A stretch of DNA of 64,000 nt from positions 1,792,293 to 1,856,292 of the forward strand of contig NW_003314289.1 in assembly GCF_000143415.4 (NCBI RefSeq), in the 5' to 3' direction. Made by a program: the position numbers and the translations under genes. Of this stretch, positions 24,928 to 36,369 are shown piece by piece. Each line of letters begins with the position of its first letter. The stretch's first letter is position 1. The DNA comes from Selaginella moellendorffii. Lineage: Eukaryota; Plantae; Lycopodiophyta. The notes under the pieces were generated by a model that made no database searches, was not told the origin of the DNA, and saw only the letters and a list, made by a program, of their open reading frames with translations.

Positions 24928-26070
24928 AGCATCGCCAACACATTTTTGCTCCAGTTTTGATAAATGTAAATATTAAACAGGGATGTAATCCTACTCTGAT
25001 TAATTAATATTTATTTCCAATGGTCAATGTTTGGTGCTCCCAATCCGGATCAGAACCGCAGAGCAATGAAAGCACGTAATCCCGTATAACAGGTCAGAGA
25101 AATCTACTGTAATGACATAACGCTCTTGTGCTTGCAGGGCTTGTTCCCAGCGCAGCTGCGAAATTGTGTACACTCTTTTACGTTCGGAGTATTTCCCTCC
25201 GGAGCACAACAGTGATGCAGTATGGCCAAGCAGCTTTACAAAGCGTGCTCGGAGAAGACGGAACAAAAAGTATCCAGAAGAGTTTCACGCGCGATCGTCG
25301 TCACAGGCGGTGCAGCTACAGGTTCTTTCATTCTCTTCGCTTAAGTTTTCCTTTGACGCGTTCCCTTTTGCTCCAGGCTTACTGTGTAGGTGAAGGAAAC
25401 GACCGAGTTTCATCCTGCTTTTCAATTGTATCTGCCGAGCAGTTTTACCAGCCAGGAATCCACGGCAGCCACACCTCCCTCGCCGATGGCACGGTTTCAA
25501 CTTCAATGTTGCCTAACGGGTGTAGCTTGATGGTAGAGGCAGAAATCGTCTTTTTGTTCACCACCATAAACTCTCTTCCTTCCCCTAGGTCCTTGGCAAG
25601 TTGTTGAAGGGTATCCACTTTCCAATATTATCCAGAAGTTCCTCACCTATGTTTTTTCTAGAAAATCATCCACAACCTATGTAATTGTGTCAATTAAATC
25701 CCACAAAGAAGTGATAAGAGCTTAGTCCACTTTGAGTGAGCAATTTATAGCTTGTTCATGAATGATCGATCATACCTTGAGCACTACCTGAATGTACTTT
25801 GACAATCGTTTTCATGTTAATCAAGCCAGAGTTTGTAGCACCATCTACAACTAAAGAGAACAATGTAGGCATCTTTTACTGCCACCTTCCCTGATTGTCA
25901 TCATCCTCATCTTGTCAAATAAGCATCTTATGGTGATGGCAAGGCAATAAGTGGCACTTGTCATGAGCTAGTTTTGTATGCTGGCTTTCATTCATGGTTT
26001 TTAAGGATTTTTTTTCTAAGGGTTTTTCATATCATCAAAATTCCTTATATATTCTAAAATAAAATAATAT

Positions 26071-29000
26071 TGTGAGTGCTTAGAATATGGAAAGGGAATA
26101 TAGAAATGTGCATATCAATTAGCCCAAAAACCCTAGCTTATATACAAGAGTAAGTGGTCTGGATTGAAACTAATCCGACAGCTACCAAAATCCCACTACA
26201 TTAATATTAGTATACGGCATCGTAGCCGTATACTTGGCCCTCACATCATCCCCTCCTCTCGGAATAATGGAAGACCATCAGGGTTCTCTTGTAGACAGGC
26301 CGAGATCTAGAGGAACATCAGGAGGAGGCATCGGTGGATTTGTAGATGGTATTAACTGCTCCTGATCCCTTTGTATGAAGCGTTTCAACTGTTGCACATG
26401 CACAATCTCTGGAGGATCGGCCTGCTGGACGTCATGCCGAACCTCATAAACTTGTGGTCCAACTTGCCGCAACACCCGATACGGTCCTTTCCACTGTGCA
26501 AGGAGCCCCTTAGATAAACCACATACCGTAAGATGGGGAAAACGGACTAACACTAAATCATCCACTTTGTACTCCACAGGTGGACAATGATGGGAGTTGT
26601 AGTGCTGTTGTTGTCCCACTTGTACGTGGCCTAAATGTTCGGCAGACTCCGCTCGGATAAGTGGAAGAATGCTTGTCAAATATTGATCCCATGACCTAGC
26701 ATCCGCAGCTCGTGGCAATCGCGAAGGTAAACCCAGCTCCATTGGTAATATTGGATCATGACCATATAGGAGTTTATATGGTGAAGCATCAACAGAACTC
26801 TACAACCCAGTGACATATGCATACCAAAGAGACGGCAAATAACCATCCCAATCCGAATGTTGAAAGTTCACATACTTCGCAATCATCCCCTTGAACATCC
26901 AAATGAGCCGTTCCACCAGACCATCTGATTGTGGATGATAAGCACTCGTGAAAGTGTGGTGAATCCCTAACCGAGACGTCAAAACATAAAATGCCTCAGC
27001 CATAAATGTGGGACCATTATCCGAAAGAATCCGCTCTGGACAAGAATGCTGGAACACCACTCGATTGAGGACGAAGTATCCAACAGCAGTTGCAGAGGCG
27101 CTAGCAAGAGCACCAACTTCCACCCAACGAGTCAAATAGTCAGAAGCAATAATAACATACTCATTGCCAGCAGTTGACCGTGGAAAAGGTCCCATAAGAT
27201 CAAACGCCACCAACTCAAACGGACGGGAAATTGCAATTGACTCCAACCGTCCTTCCGCAACCCGAGGGGGAGTATTATGAGCTTGGCACCAAATGCAGCT
27301 ACGCACATACCGGATAATATCACGTCGCATCTCCGGCCAATAGAAAGACCTGCATAGCTTCTCAATTACACGACGATGTCCCGTATGCCCACCTAGAACA
27401 GGAGAATCATGGTAGGCATGGAGAAACCACAGAATAAAGATAGAAAGCACCACCAACCGTAAATGATCATTAGGATCTGTCCCCACAAAATAAAGAAGGC
27501 CACCTTCAAGACGATATTGAGAATGTAAATGCCGGAAAGGCAAGTCATCAGCAAGTGATGCAGGATTCTCAAACCCATCTCGAAGCCTTCGAATCCAAGG
27601 CTCAATCTTTTGAGCCTCACGAACCTCATCAAGCGAAGGTAGATCTTGCTCTATGTCTTGTGGACACTAAATGTCAAGTACAGCAACCGCCGACTACACA
27701 GAATCCTCGTCTAGAAAATCCACAGAGGCTAGAACAACAGGCTCGTCAGAAACATGAGAAGAGAATGGAGAAGGAAGAGGAGCTCGAGAAAGGGCATCAG
27801 CATCAGCCGAAGAACTCCCTGGGCGATGAACAACATCAAAATCATATATTTGAAGCTTCAAAGCCCATTGAGCAGTACTACCAACTAGGTTCTTCTGCTT
27901 CAATAATGAAGTAACAGTAGTATGATCACTTTCAAGTAACGTCCGAGAACCATATAGATATGCATGAAGTTTCTCGAAACCCCAAACTGCTGCTAAACAC
28001 TCCTTCTCTGTCGTGGAGTGGTTCATTTCTGCTGGTTGTAATGTATGGCTTATATACACAATAGGATGGCACTGACCAGGCACACTCGAGCTCTTTTGCA
28101 TCAACACACCTCCAAGACCAATGTCAGAAGCATCCACACGCAAAATAAAAGGTCAAGTGTAGTCAGGATATACCAAAACCGGAGGAGTCGTCAATAGTTC
28201 TTTGAGATCCTCGAATGCCCGCTCATAATCCGGAGACCAGATGAAAGATGATGTTGATGACTTCAGCAACGCTTGCAACAGTGCAGTGCGATCAGAAAGA
28301 TGATCCACAAAACAACTGAGATACTGCACCTTGCCCAAGAAGCGCTGCACATCATTCACACACTTCGGAGTAGGGAACTTTAGAACAGCCACAAGTTTGT
28401 CAAGATCAACTTGCAAACCCTCATGAGAAATACAGTACCCAAGATAAGTTGTATCCTTGGACCAAAACATGCACTTTGTCTGCTTCATCTTTAAACCAAC
28501 GTCGTATAGCCAATCCAACACTTTACAAACATCAAGAACATGGTCCTCCCACATCCCCTCCAAGTGGATCAAGACATCATCAATGAAGTCAGCAGTCACC
28601 TCTGGCATATCGCAAAGAACCTTGTCCATCATCTGCTAGAAAGTTGCTAGAGCATTGTTTAAACCACACGGCATCACCAAGAACTCGTACAAACCAAATG
28701 GTGTATGAAAAACAGTCTTAGGAATATCTGCTTCGGCCATCAGTACTTGCCAGTACCCAGAAGCCAGATCTAGCTTGGTGAACCAACGACTTCACCCCAG
28801 ACGATCCAAGAGATCGGCAGTGTGAGGAAGAGGGTACACATCTGGGATCGTCACTTCGTTTAATGGACGATAGTCGATGTAGAAATGATCACTCTCATCA
28901 GGCTTCGTCACAAGATGAGGTTCACATGCCCAAGGACTCCACGACTTCTGAATAACACCCTTCTCCAACATCTCCTGGACATTTGCACATAAAATCTTGA

Positions 29001-31081
29001 TCTCCTTGGGTGACTGACGACGAATGGAAACCTTGATTAGATGAGCATCCCCGGTTAGAATTGGATGATGTGTGGCAATCTTGGCCCCAGACGATAGGTC
29101 AAATTCAAAGAGATCAAAATACTCCTTCATGAGCCAGTCCACCGCTGCAACACAAAGATCGTTGGAGGGATCGGAAAAGGGAAGAACAGAATAAGATGGA
29201 AACATAGGAGGAAATAGTAGAGAAACAAAAGTAATAGAAGTAGAGGTAGAAGGAGAGGGACAAAGAGGTACAAAAATGAAAGGAATAAATGAAACATAAA
29301 GAAGTATGAGACAAGGGGGAGAAGCCTCAAAATCACACATAGCATGATTGCGTTGCAACCAATCCATACCAAGAATGAGGTCAAAAGCTTGACTCAGCAC
29401 CACCTGCAATGATTGCAACTGAAGCTCAAGATCGCCCACACGGACAACCAGGTCCACCTCATCCCATGCACATGCATATGTACGGCCGTTGCTATAAAGA
29501 ATGAAAATTGGTTCTGCTGCATGACGCAAGTGTAAACGGCAACGTGTGACAACAGGTCGAGCAATATAAGATAAACTCGAACCTGTATCAACCAACATGG
29601 AGAGAATAATAGGAGACCTCTAATTATAAAAACGAGCTTGGAAAGTAAACACTGGATGAACTGGTGCCGAGTGAACCCCTTGATGATACTCCCGAAAGAA
29701 AGATGAAGAGGTTACTGACTTATTTGCGCAAGGTCCCTCTGTTACTCACGCGACTCCTCATTTCCCGAATGCATCTCGGTGTCCAAACCTTCCACTACAA
29801 CAGCACCAACGGGACGTTGCTGACACCAAGGTCTCCACCCAGGAAATGGAGGTTGCCAATCCGGAAAATGCTGACAACGCTTATAAGTATGACTAACTTC
29901 GTCACACGCCCAACAGCGAACATCACAGCCATGACCACGTCCTTGCCCTTGTCCTTGGACTTGAGCAGCAGCAGCATCAACTTCTATTGGAACAGGACCA
30001 TCACCTATAGAAAGAGGAGTTGAAGGACGTGCAGTGAGAAGTGGAAGAGGCAATGTCTCATAACATTGTGCTAAGCAAAGAGCATCGTCAAGGGTGGCGG
30101 GAGCAAGTGCATGCACAAATCCGACAAGATCTTGACAAAGTGCTGGCCACAACATTCCTAGCTTGATCCACTCCGATATATTTGGCTCCGCACGAAGCAA
30201 AAGACTTCGGAAATGAATGCCAAATTGCATTACCGTCTTAGATGGCCCTTGGCGAAGATGATGCAATTGTTGAAAGGCATCATCACAATCATCGGCATGT
30301 CCGAAGGCGCGTTTGAAGACATCTGGGAGAACACTTCAATCCCCACGAGTGGTTGCACTCAAACCATTGTACCATTGCAATGCCATCCCTTAGAGACACG
30401 TGGGAAACTCACGCAAACGTCGAGCATCATCCCAAGAATGATATGTGGCAATCACCGTGAAGTGATCGAACCAATGGTACGCATCATCCCCAGGATTCCG
30501 GCAAAAGAACTCCGGCCGAACGCGAGGATTGGCACCAAAAGCAGGAGGAGTTGTACCACGTGACATGAATGCTGCCATCAACTAAGTTTGTTGTTCAATT
30601 GCAAGCGCATAGCATCAAGCAATTGTACCAACTGCTACTCCAGAGTCAAAGGAGGAGATTGCTAATCTACCATAAAGACGAATGAAAAAGAAAGAGCAAA
30701 AGAAGAGAAATGACACAAAATTAGAAAGAAATGGTAGATCTAAACAATGTAAAAAGTTAGATTCAAACAAAAATCTTGAAAGGAAAAAACAAAAGAAAAG
30801 AAATGGAAAAAGCTAGATTTAGACAATGCAAAAGCTAAATCTAAACCAAAATCCCAAATCCAAGCACTCCTCAGGGACAATCAAAGATGCCCCTCACCTC
30901 CACCAATGTGAGTGCTTGGAATATAGAAAGGGAATACAGAAATGTGTATATCAATTAGCCCAAAAACCCTAACTTATATACAGGAGCGAGTGGTCTGGAT
31001 TGAAATCAATCCAACGGTTACCAAAATCCCAATACGCTAATATTAGTATATGGCATCATAGCCGTACACTTGGCCCTCACA
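26071..31081 (-). mobile_element. Full-length Ty3/gypsy LTR retrotransposon (family B), 175-bp LTRs at 26071-26245 and 30907-31081
   Basis: TG..CA LTR pair with ~19 differences by manual count. PBS TGGTGGAGGTGAGGG (tRNA-Ala-like) and PPT GAGAGGAGGGGATGA. gag with knuckle, protease LVDTGS, RT FIDDVL, RNase H DASDIGLG, integrase (HHCC, SDNG, GPY). Internal stops. Confidence 0.93.
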
Positions 31082-31090
31082 ATTTTAATA

Positions 31091-31139
31091 TGTGAGTGCA
31101 TAAAATATGGAAATGGAATACAGAAATGTGCATATCAAT
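31091..31139 (-). mobile_element. Partial third LTR of family B
   Basis: TGTGAGTGCATAAAATATGG...CATATCAAT matches the first ~50 bp of the LTRs. Confidence 0.75.
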
Positions 31140-34100
31140 GGTTGCCAATGAATATGTGTCCATAGACAAATTCACACTAGCATTGAAGGGATTTCATGTT
31201 GGTCAGAATTTAGCCAAGGATCTTTCGACGCCTTTTGACACGGCTAAATCTCATCCAGCAGCACTTGTGACGAAGAAATACAGCCTCGGCAAGTGGGACA
31301 TTTCAAAGCAGTAATGGCGAGGCAAATGCTCCTGATGAAAAGGGACTCTTTTGCCTATATCTTCAAGTGTACACAGGTACATAGAATTTTTTTCACCCAG
31401 GATTATCTCAAAATGAAAAAAAAAAATGACTTTGCAGCTCTTCATCACGGCCTTGATCACTATGACCGTTTTCCTATGGACACACATTCAGTCCAACAGC
31501 ACCGATGATGCAGAACTTTACATGGGAGCCTTGTTTTTTGTCCTGGCTACGACCATGTTCAGTGGTATTGTGGAGCTTTCCATGACGATCCAATGCCTTC
31601 CGATGTTTTTCAAGCAAAGAGACCAAATGCTGTTTCCTGCTTGGGCGTATTCAATCGCTACAATAATTACGTGGCTTCCGCTTTCACTTTTGGAAACTGC
31701 AATGTGGGTGTTCATGACATACTATGTGATTGGTTTTGCTCCTAGTGCTTCAAGGTCTGTAAGAGAATTACGAGGCTTCTCTATAATGGTTCGCAATTTT
31801 GACAGGCTCTTTTGCCAGTATCTAGTTATATTCTTGGTCCATCAGATGGCTGGAGGACTCTTCCGGTTTATTGCTACACTCTCACAGAAGATGGTCATAG
31901 CAAACACTTTTGGGTCGTTTGCTCTGTTGGTCATCTTTTCGCTAGGTGGCTTTATTCTCTCCAGAGGTAAAAAAACGTTTCTTGCAGTTCAAAACATCTA
32001 ATTTTCTTGTTCTTGGTTCCAGATAACATTCATGCCTGGTGGATCTGGGGCTACTGATCGTCTCCAATGATGTATGGACAAAACGCTCTAGCTGTTAATG
32101 AGTTTAGTGCAACAAGGTGGCAACAGGTGAGTCTTATATAAGACAAGCTTTTCATGGTAATATTTCTTCTCTTGCTTGCAGCTGGAAGGGAACTCCACGA
32201 TTGGAAGAAACTTCCTAGAGTCGCGAGGACTTTTTTCTGACGATTACTGGTACTGGATTGGAACTGGTGCTGAACGTGGCTACGTCATCCTTTTTAATGC
32301 TGGTTTCACATTGGCCTTGAGATATCTTACTGATCACTCTTGAAGTTCTTACGGTTTTTCCAATTATCACAGCTCCTAGTAAATCTAATCAAGCGATAGT
32401 CTCGGTCACTGGACACAAGAATCAGTCGAAGGTTTATGACTCGGATAAGTCTTCTTTTTTCCATTCTCAGGGGGATCTGATTTTCCATTTGCATGAGCTC
32501 GACCTAAGGAAACCAGCTGATATGAAGAAAACTGGAATGGTTCTTCCTTTCAAGCCACTGGCGTTAGCCTTCAGCAATGTTAACTATTCATGCCTCCGGT
32601 TGGTTCTCAAAACTAAGCTCTTTCTCCAATCTCATCTTACTCACTTGACTTCCAGGAGATGCTAAAAGAAGGTGTGGCCGAAAGCAGGCTCCAGCTTCTT
32701 CACGACATAAGCAGCAGCTTCAGGCCTGGACTTCTTACGGCTCTGATGGGCGTGAGTGGAGCTGGGAAAACTACTCTGATGGATGTTTTGGCTGGACGAA
32801 AAACTGGTGGCTAGAGGGTGAGATCTCCATCTCGGGATTCCCAAAGAAGCAGGAAACATTCATTAGAGTCTCTGGCTATTGCGAGCAAAATGATATCCAC
32901 TCTCCAAATGTTACCGTCTACGAATCGCTTGTTTTTTCGTCTTGGCTTCAACTGTCCGAGGATGTATCAAAAGAAACCAGACTGGTGAGTATTTGTTTCA
33001 GAGGTTTCAGTGGTTTCTCAGTTTGATTGTTTTCTTTTCCCTTGTGGTGTAGATGTTTGTGGAGGAGATCATGGAGCTTGTGGAACTCACTCCTATCCGG
33101 GATGCCATCGTTGGTCGTCCTGGAATGGAGGGGCTTTCCACCGAGCAGCGAAAGAGACTGACAGTAGCAGTGGAACTCGTTGCAAATCCCTCCATCATTT
33201 TTATGGACGAGCCAACTTCGGGTCTGGACGCTCGGGCTGCTGCAATTGTCTTAAGAACCGTACGAAATACAGTGAACATGGGACGTACCGTCGTTTGTAC
33301 CATTCACCAGCCAAGCATTGACATCTTCGAAGCCTTTGATGAGGTAAGATCTTTTGATCAGTCAGCTTTTGTACTGATTGTTGTGTTTGTGTGGTTTTAG
33401 CTGCTGCTCCTGCAACGAGGAGGACGAGTTATTTACTCTGGTCCTCTTGGAATTCATTCCAGCAGACTCGTCAACCACTTTGAAGTATGTGATAGGATAG
33501 TTGTTTTCTTCTGCAAAACTCGCCTCTAAACAAGCGACTTTGTTTGTGCAGGCTGTTCCAGGGTCCTCGTCTCCCCGATGGATACAATCCGGCAACTTGG
33601 ATGCTCGAGGTGACGAATCCAGATGTAGAACACTGGCTCAATGTGGACTACTCTCAACTCTACAAGTTTTCAACTCTCTACCAATAAGTTATAACATTCT
33701 TTGAGAGTTTTGGGACTGATCAATCCTCTCTCGTTTGAGGGACAAGTAGTGGCCTGCTTGTGGACGCAGCATCGATCTTACTGGAAGAATCCATACTACG
33801 TTTTGGGACGCCTGTTTTTCACGCTCACTGCTGCTCTCATGTTTGGCACCATGTTTTGGGACGTTGGCTCAAAGAAAACTTTAATCCTGAGCTTTTCACA
33901 AAAGTTTATGATTACTTTGCAGGGAAAGGCAGCAAGACTTGTTTAACCTCATGGGATCTATGTATTCCGCCGTGTATTTCATTGGAGTTTGCAATGCAAT
34001 GGGGATTCAACCAGTTGTTTCAGTGGAGCGAGCTGTTTACTATCGAGAAAAAGCCTCTGGAATGTACTCCGCTCTCCCTTATGCCTTTGCTCAGGTAAAG

Positions 34101-34231
34101 TATAGCTTTGGGTATATGGTGGCAATATTTCAAAGCGTCTTTGTCAGGTGTTTATCAAGCTCTTCTACGTTTTGGTTCAGGCAGTTTCATACTCAGGCAT
34201 TGTTTACTCGATGATGAAACTCAAGTGGACT
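31140..34231 (+). pseudogene. PDR/ABCG pseudogene, copy 2 (5'- and 3'-truncated)
   Basis: Paralogous exons from EYVSIDKF to MMKLKW. Frameshift at ~31302, premature TGA at 32055, deletion creating TAG at ~32812, exon deletion at ~33724. Confidence 0.92.
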
Positions 34232-34435
34232 TCTCTGCTCCTTGTAGAAGCATTCTGTTGATGCTCGCAAGAGAAGAAGACCATCACTGGAAGATTCGCA
34301 TAGCCGGATTCCATATTCAACCACTACTGTTTTTTTTGGTTTTTTTATTTGTTCCTCTGTTGTTTTTTTTTTTTCGGTTCAGGTATTATGCTTAAATCTA
34401 GTAAGCCTTCGAAGCAAAAACCAAACTACGGTCAC

Positions 34436-35833
34436 TCAAAAGTAGATGTCCGTGGAATCCATATGCTCCACGAAGCCCTCGAGATTAATCTCAAAAGCAG
34501 TTCCCCCCTCTCCAGAACTATCTTCCAGAGTAGGATGCTTGAACACCTCTTCAGTGGGGAAAGTCATCTTGGTGGGCTTGCTCAAGCTCCTGATCGTGCT
34601 CCTTGCCCCAAGACCGGCACACAAAAAACTTGTAGCTCCCCTTTCGAGCCATCTCGTCATACTCGAAAGAAAACCCAAACACCAGATTCACAGACTCAAG
34701 CGCGAGACCATCCAGCAAGTTCTTCTCCAAGATTGCATCATCCTCGTTGGTGAACGCAACTTCTCCCACCACGATCGGCTCCACAAACCCGTCGCTGCTC
34801 TTGGCCATAGTTGCAGCTAGACGTGCAAACGTTCAAATGCGTCCACGTTTAAACGCCGTTTAAAACGTTTTTTTCAGGACAATCAAACGTTTACATGTTA
34901 AAGCCTAAAATGATTAAGAAAGCACTAATATTTACTAAAGACACTTTAATCTAATATTAAGTTTATAAAACCCAACCGAATAACATACTAAAACAAATGA
35001 AAGAAGAAGCCGTTTCGCTGTTCTGCTTGTCTCAGCACTGGACCAGTTCTCCGTGCTTGCCACCATAGATTCTGCTGGCCCCCCTGAACCCTGTGCGGCT
35101 TGCTGCAGCAGATGCCCATCATCGGCATCTGCTGGGTCTGCTAGCTCGAAATCGGAAAAACTACTGCGAGGTTTTTTAAGGGTTCATGGCAGGAATTGGA
35201 GGATGCCGCAAATGCTGGAGCTGGAAGCATGTGATACAAGCAGAGCGGCACTGGACATGTAAGTATTGTCATGAGATTCACACTGGGGGAGCGGAGCGAG
35301 TGTGAGCACATCTTGCTGGAGTTTGGGCAAGAGGTGTGAAAACGTGCAAGGCAATGAGGGAGATCCCTTATGAAGTTCTGAAGAAACCCTAAAGAAACCT
35401 TTGTCTCTTTTCGCAAATAGTGCAAACGCGTTGGGAGTTTAGAATGGCGTTTTTTAACGTGTTTAAAACGTTACGTTTTTTTAGTTTCATACGTTTTCCG
35501 GCAACTATGCTCTTGGCTCCTCTCGGGTACAGTGCAAAATCCACCTTCTTGATCACGCCGGAGGAAAGGGAATCCAAAACATACCCTCCTCATGCCGGTC
35601 TCGGGTATGAGGGTGGCCGCCATCCACATCCGAGCTTGGCCATGGAAATGAGTGTTGTCCCCGCACACCAACAAGCTGCCATTCTCGTATTGCACGCCAT
35701 ACCTCGTGATCTCTTCGTAGTTTAGCAGCGCCTTGACTTCCTCCCCGGACACCCTTGCGTCAAGCCTCTCCGGCGAGTAACATCATCCAGCACGAGCTTG
35801 GCCTTCTTGCCTAGCGCTCAAATCGCTGCTCAT
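34436..35833 (-). pseudogene. Putative Uma2/DUF820-like PD-(D/E)xK nuclease gene, disrupted
   Basis: With the hAT insert removed the minus strand reads YGVQYENGSLLVCGDNTHFHG...KKVDFALYPRGAKSSDGFVEPIVVGEVAFTNEDDAILEKNLLDGLALESVNLVFGF. Frameshifts present. Confidence 0.45.
34806..35509 (+). mobile_element. Non-autonomous hAT transposon (704 bp)
   Basis: TIRs CATAGTTGC / GCAACTATG. Perfect 8-bp TSD CTCTTGGC at 34798-34805 and 35510-35517. Internal BED zinc-finger remnant WKHV..WTCKYC..GGAERV*AHLAG..VKTC at ~35215-35350. AAACG-rich subterminal repeats. Confidence 0.9.
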
Positions 35834-36369
35834 TTATAAATTTAACCCTAGACATCATGCACACATTTAGAGACTTGAATATGATCACAATGTTAATATG
35901 CTTGGATCATCAAAAGGCATTCTCTATAAGATCACGTACAAATAAACTACGTAACTACTACAAATACTTTCTTGAGAGGGAATCAGGTGCAGAATTTCAC
36001 GCGCTTAACCGGAATGAAGCCACTGATCTTAGAAAGTGTTATCTCGGAAACAAGATAACGTACTTCTTCGGCTACCTCGTGGGAATGTTTTGACCATTGA
36101 AACGCGGACCACGATTTAAACAATACAAAGTCATGAAAGGAAGCCTTGTATGAAATTTTCTGCGATGAGCTTCCTCGTTTGACAGCTGACAAAGAGAAAA
36201 ACTCTGCTTCAACGCATAACATTTTACCAGTATATTATAATTGTCAAGTAGAGCCTACCAACTTTGATCTCGCGCTCAAGAGACTTGTATTGTAAAATCA
36301 GAGAAGACTGGAGCATAAAAACCCGAGCATTTGCTTGCCTTGGTATCTAAATACATTCATCGATCGATC

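Noticed and set aside
25024-26070. Short ORFs downstream of PDR copy 1
   Set aside because: No recognisable domain; interrupted by stops; left unannotated.
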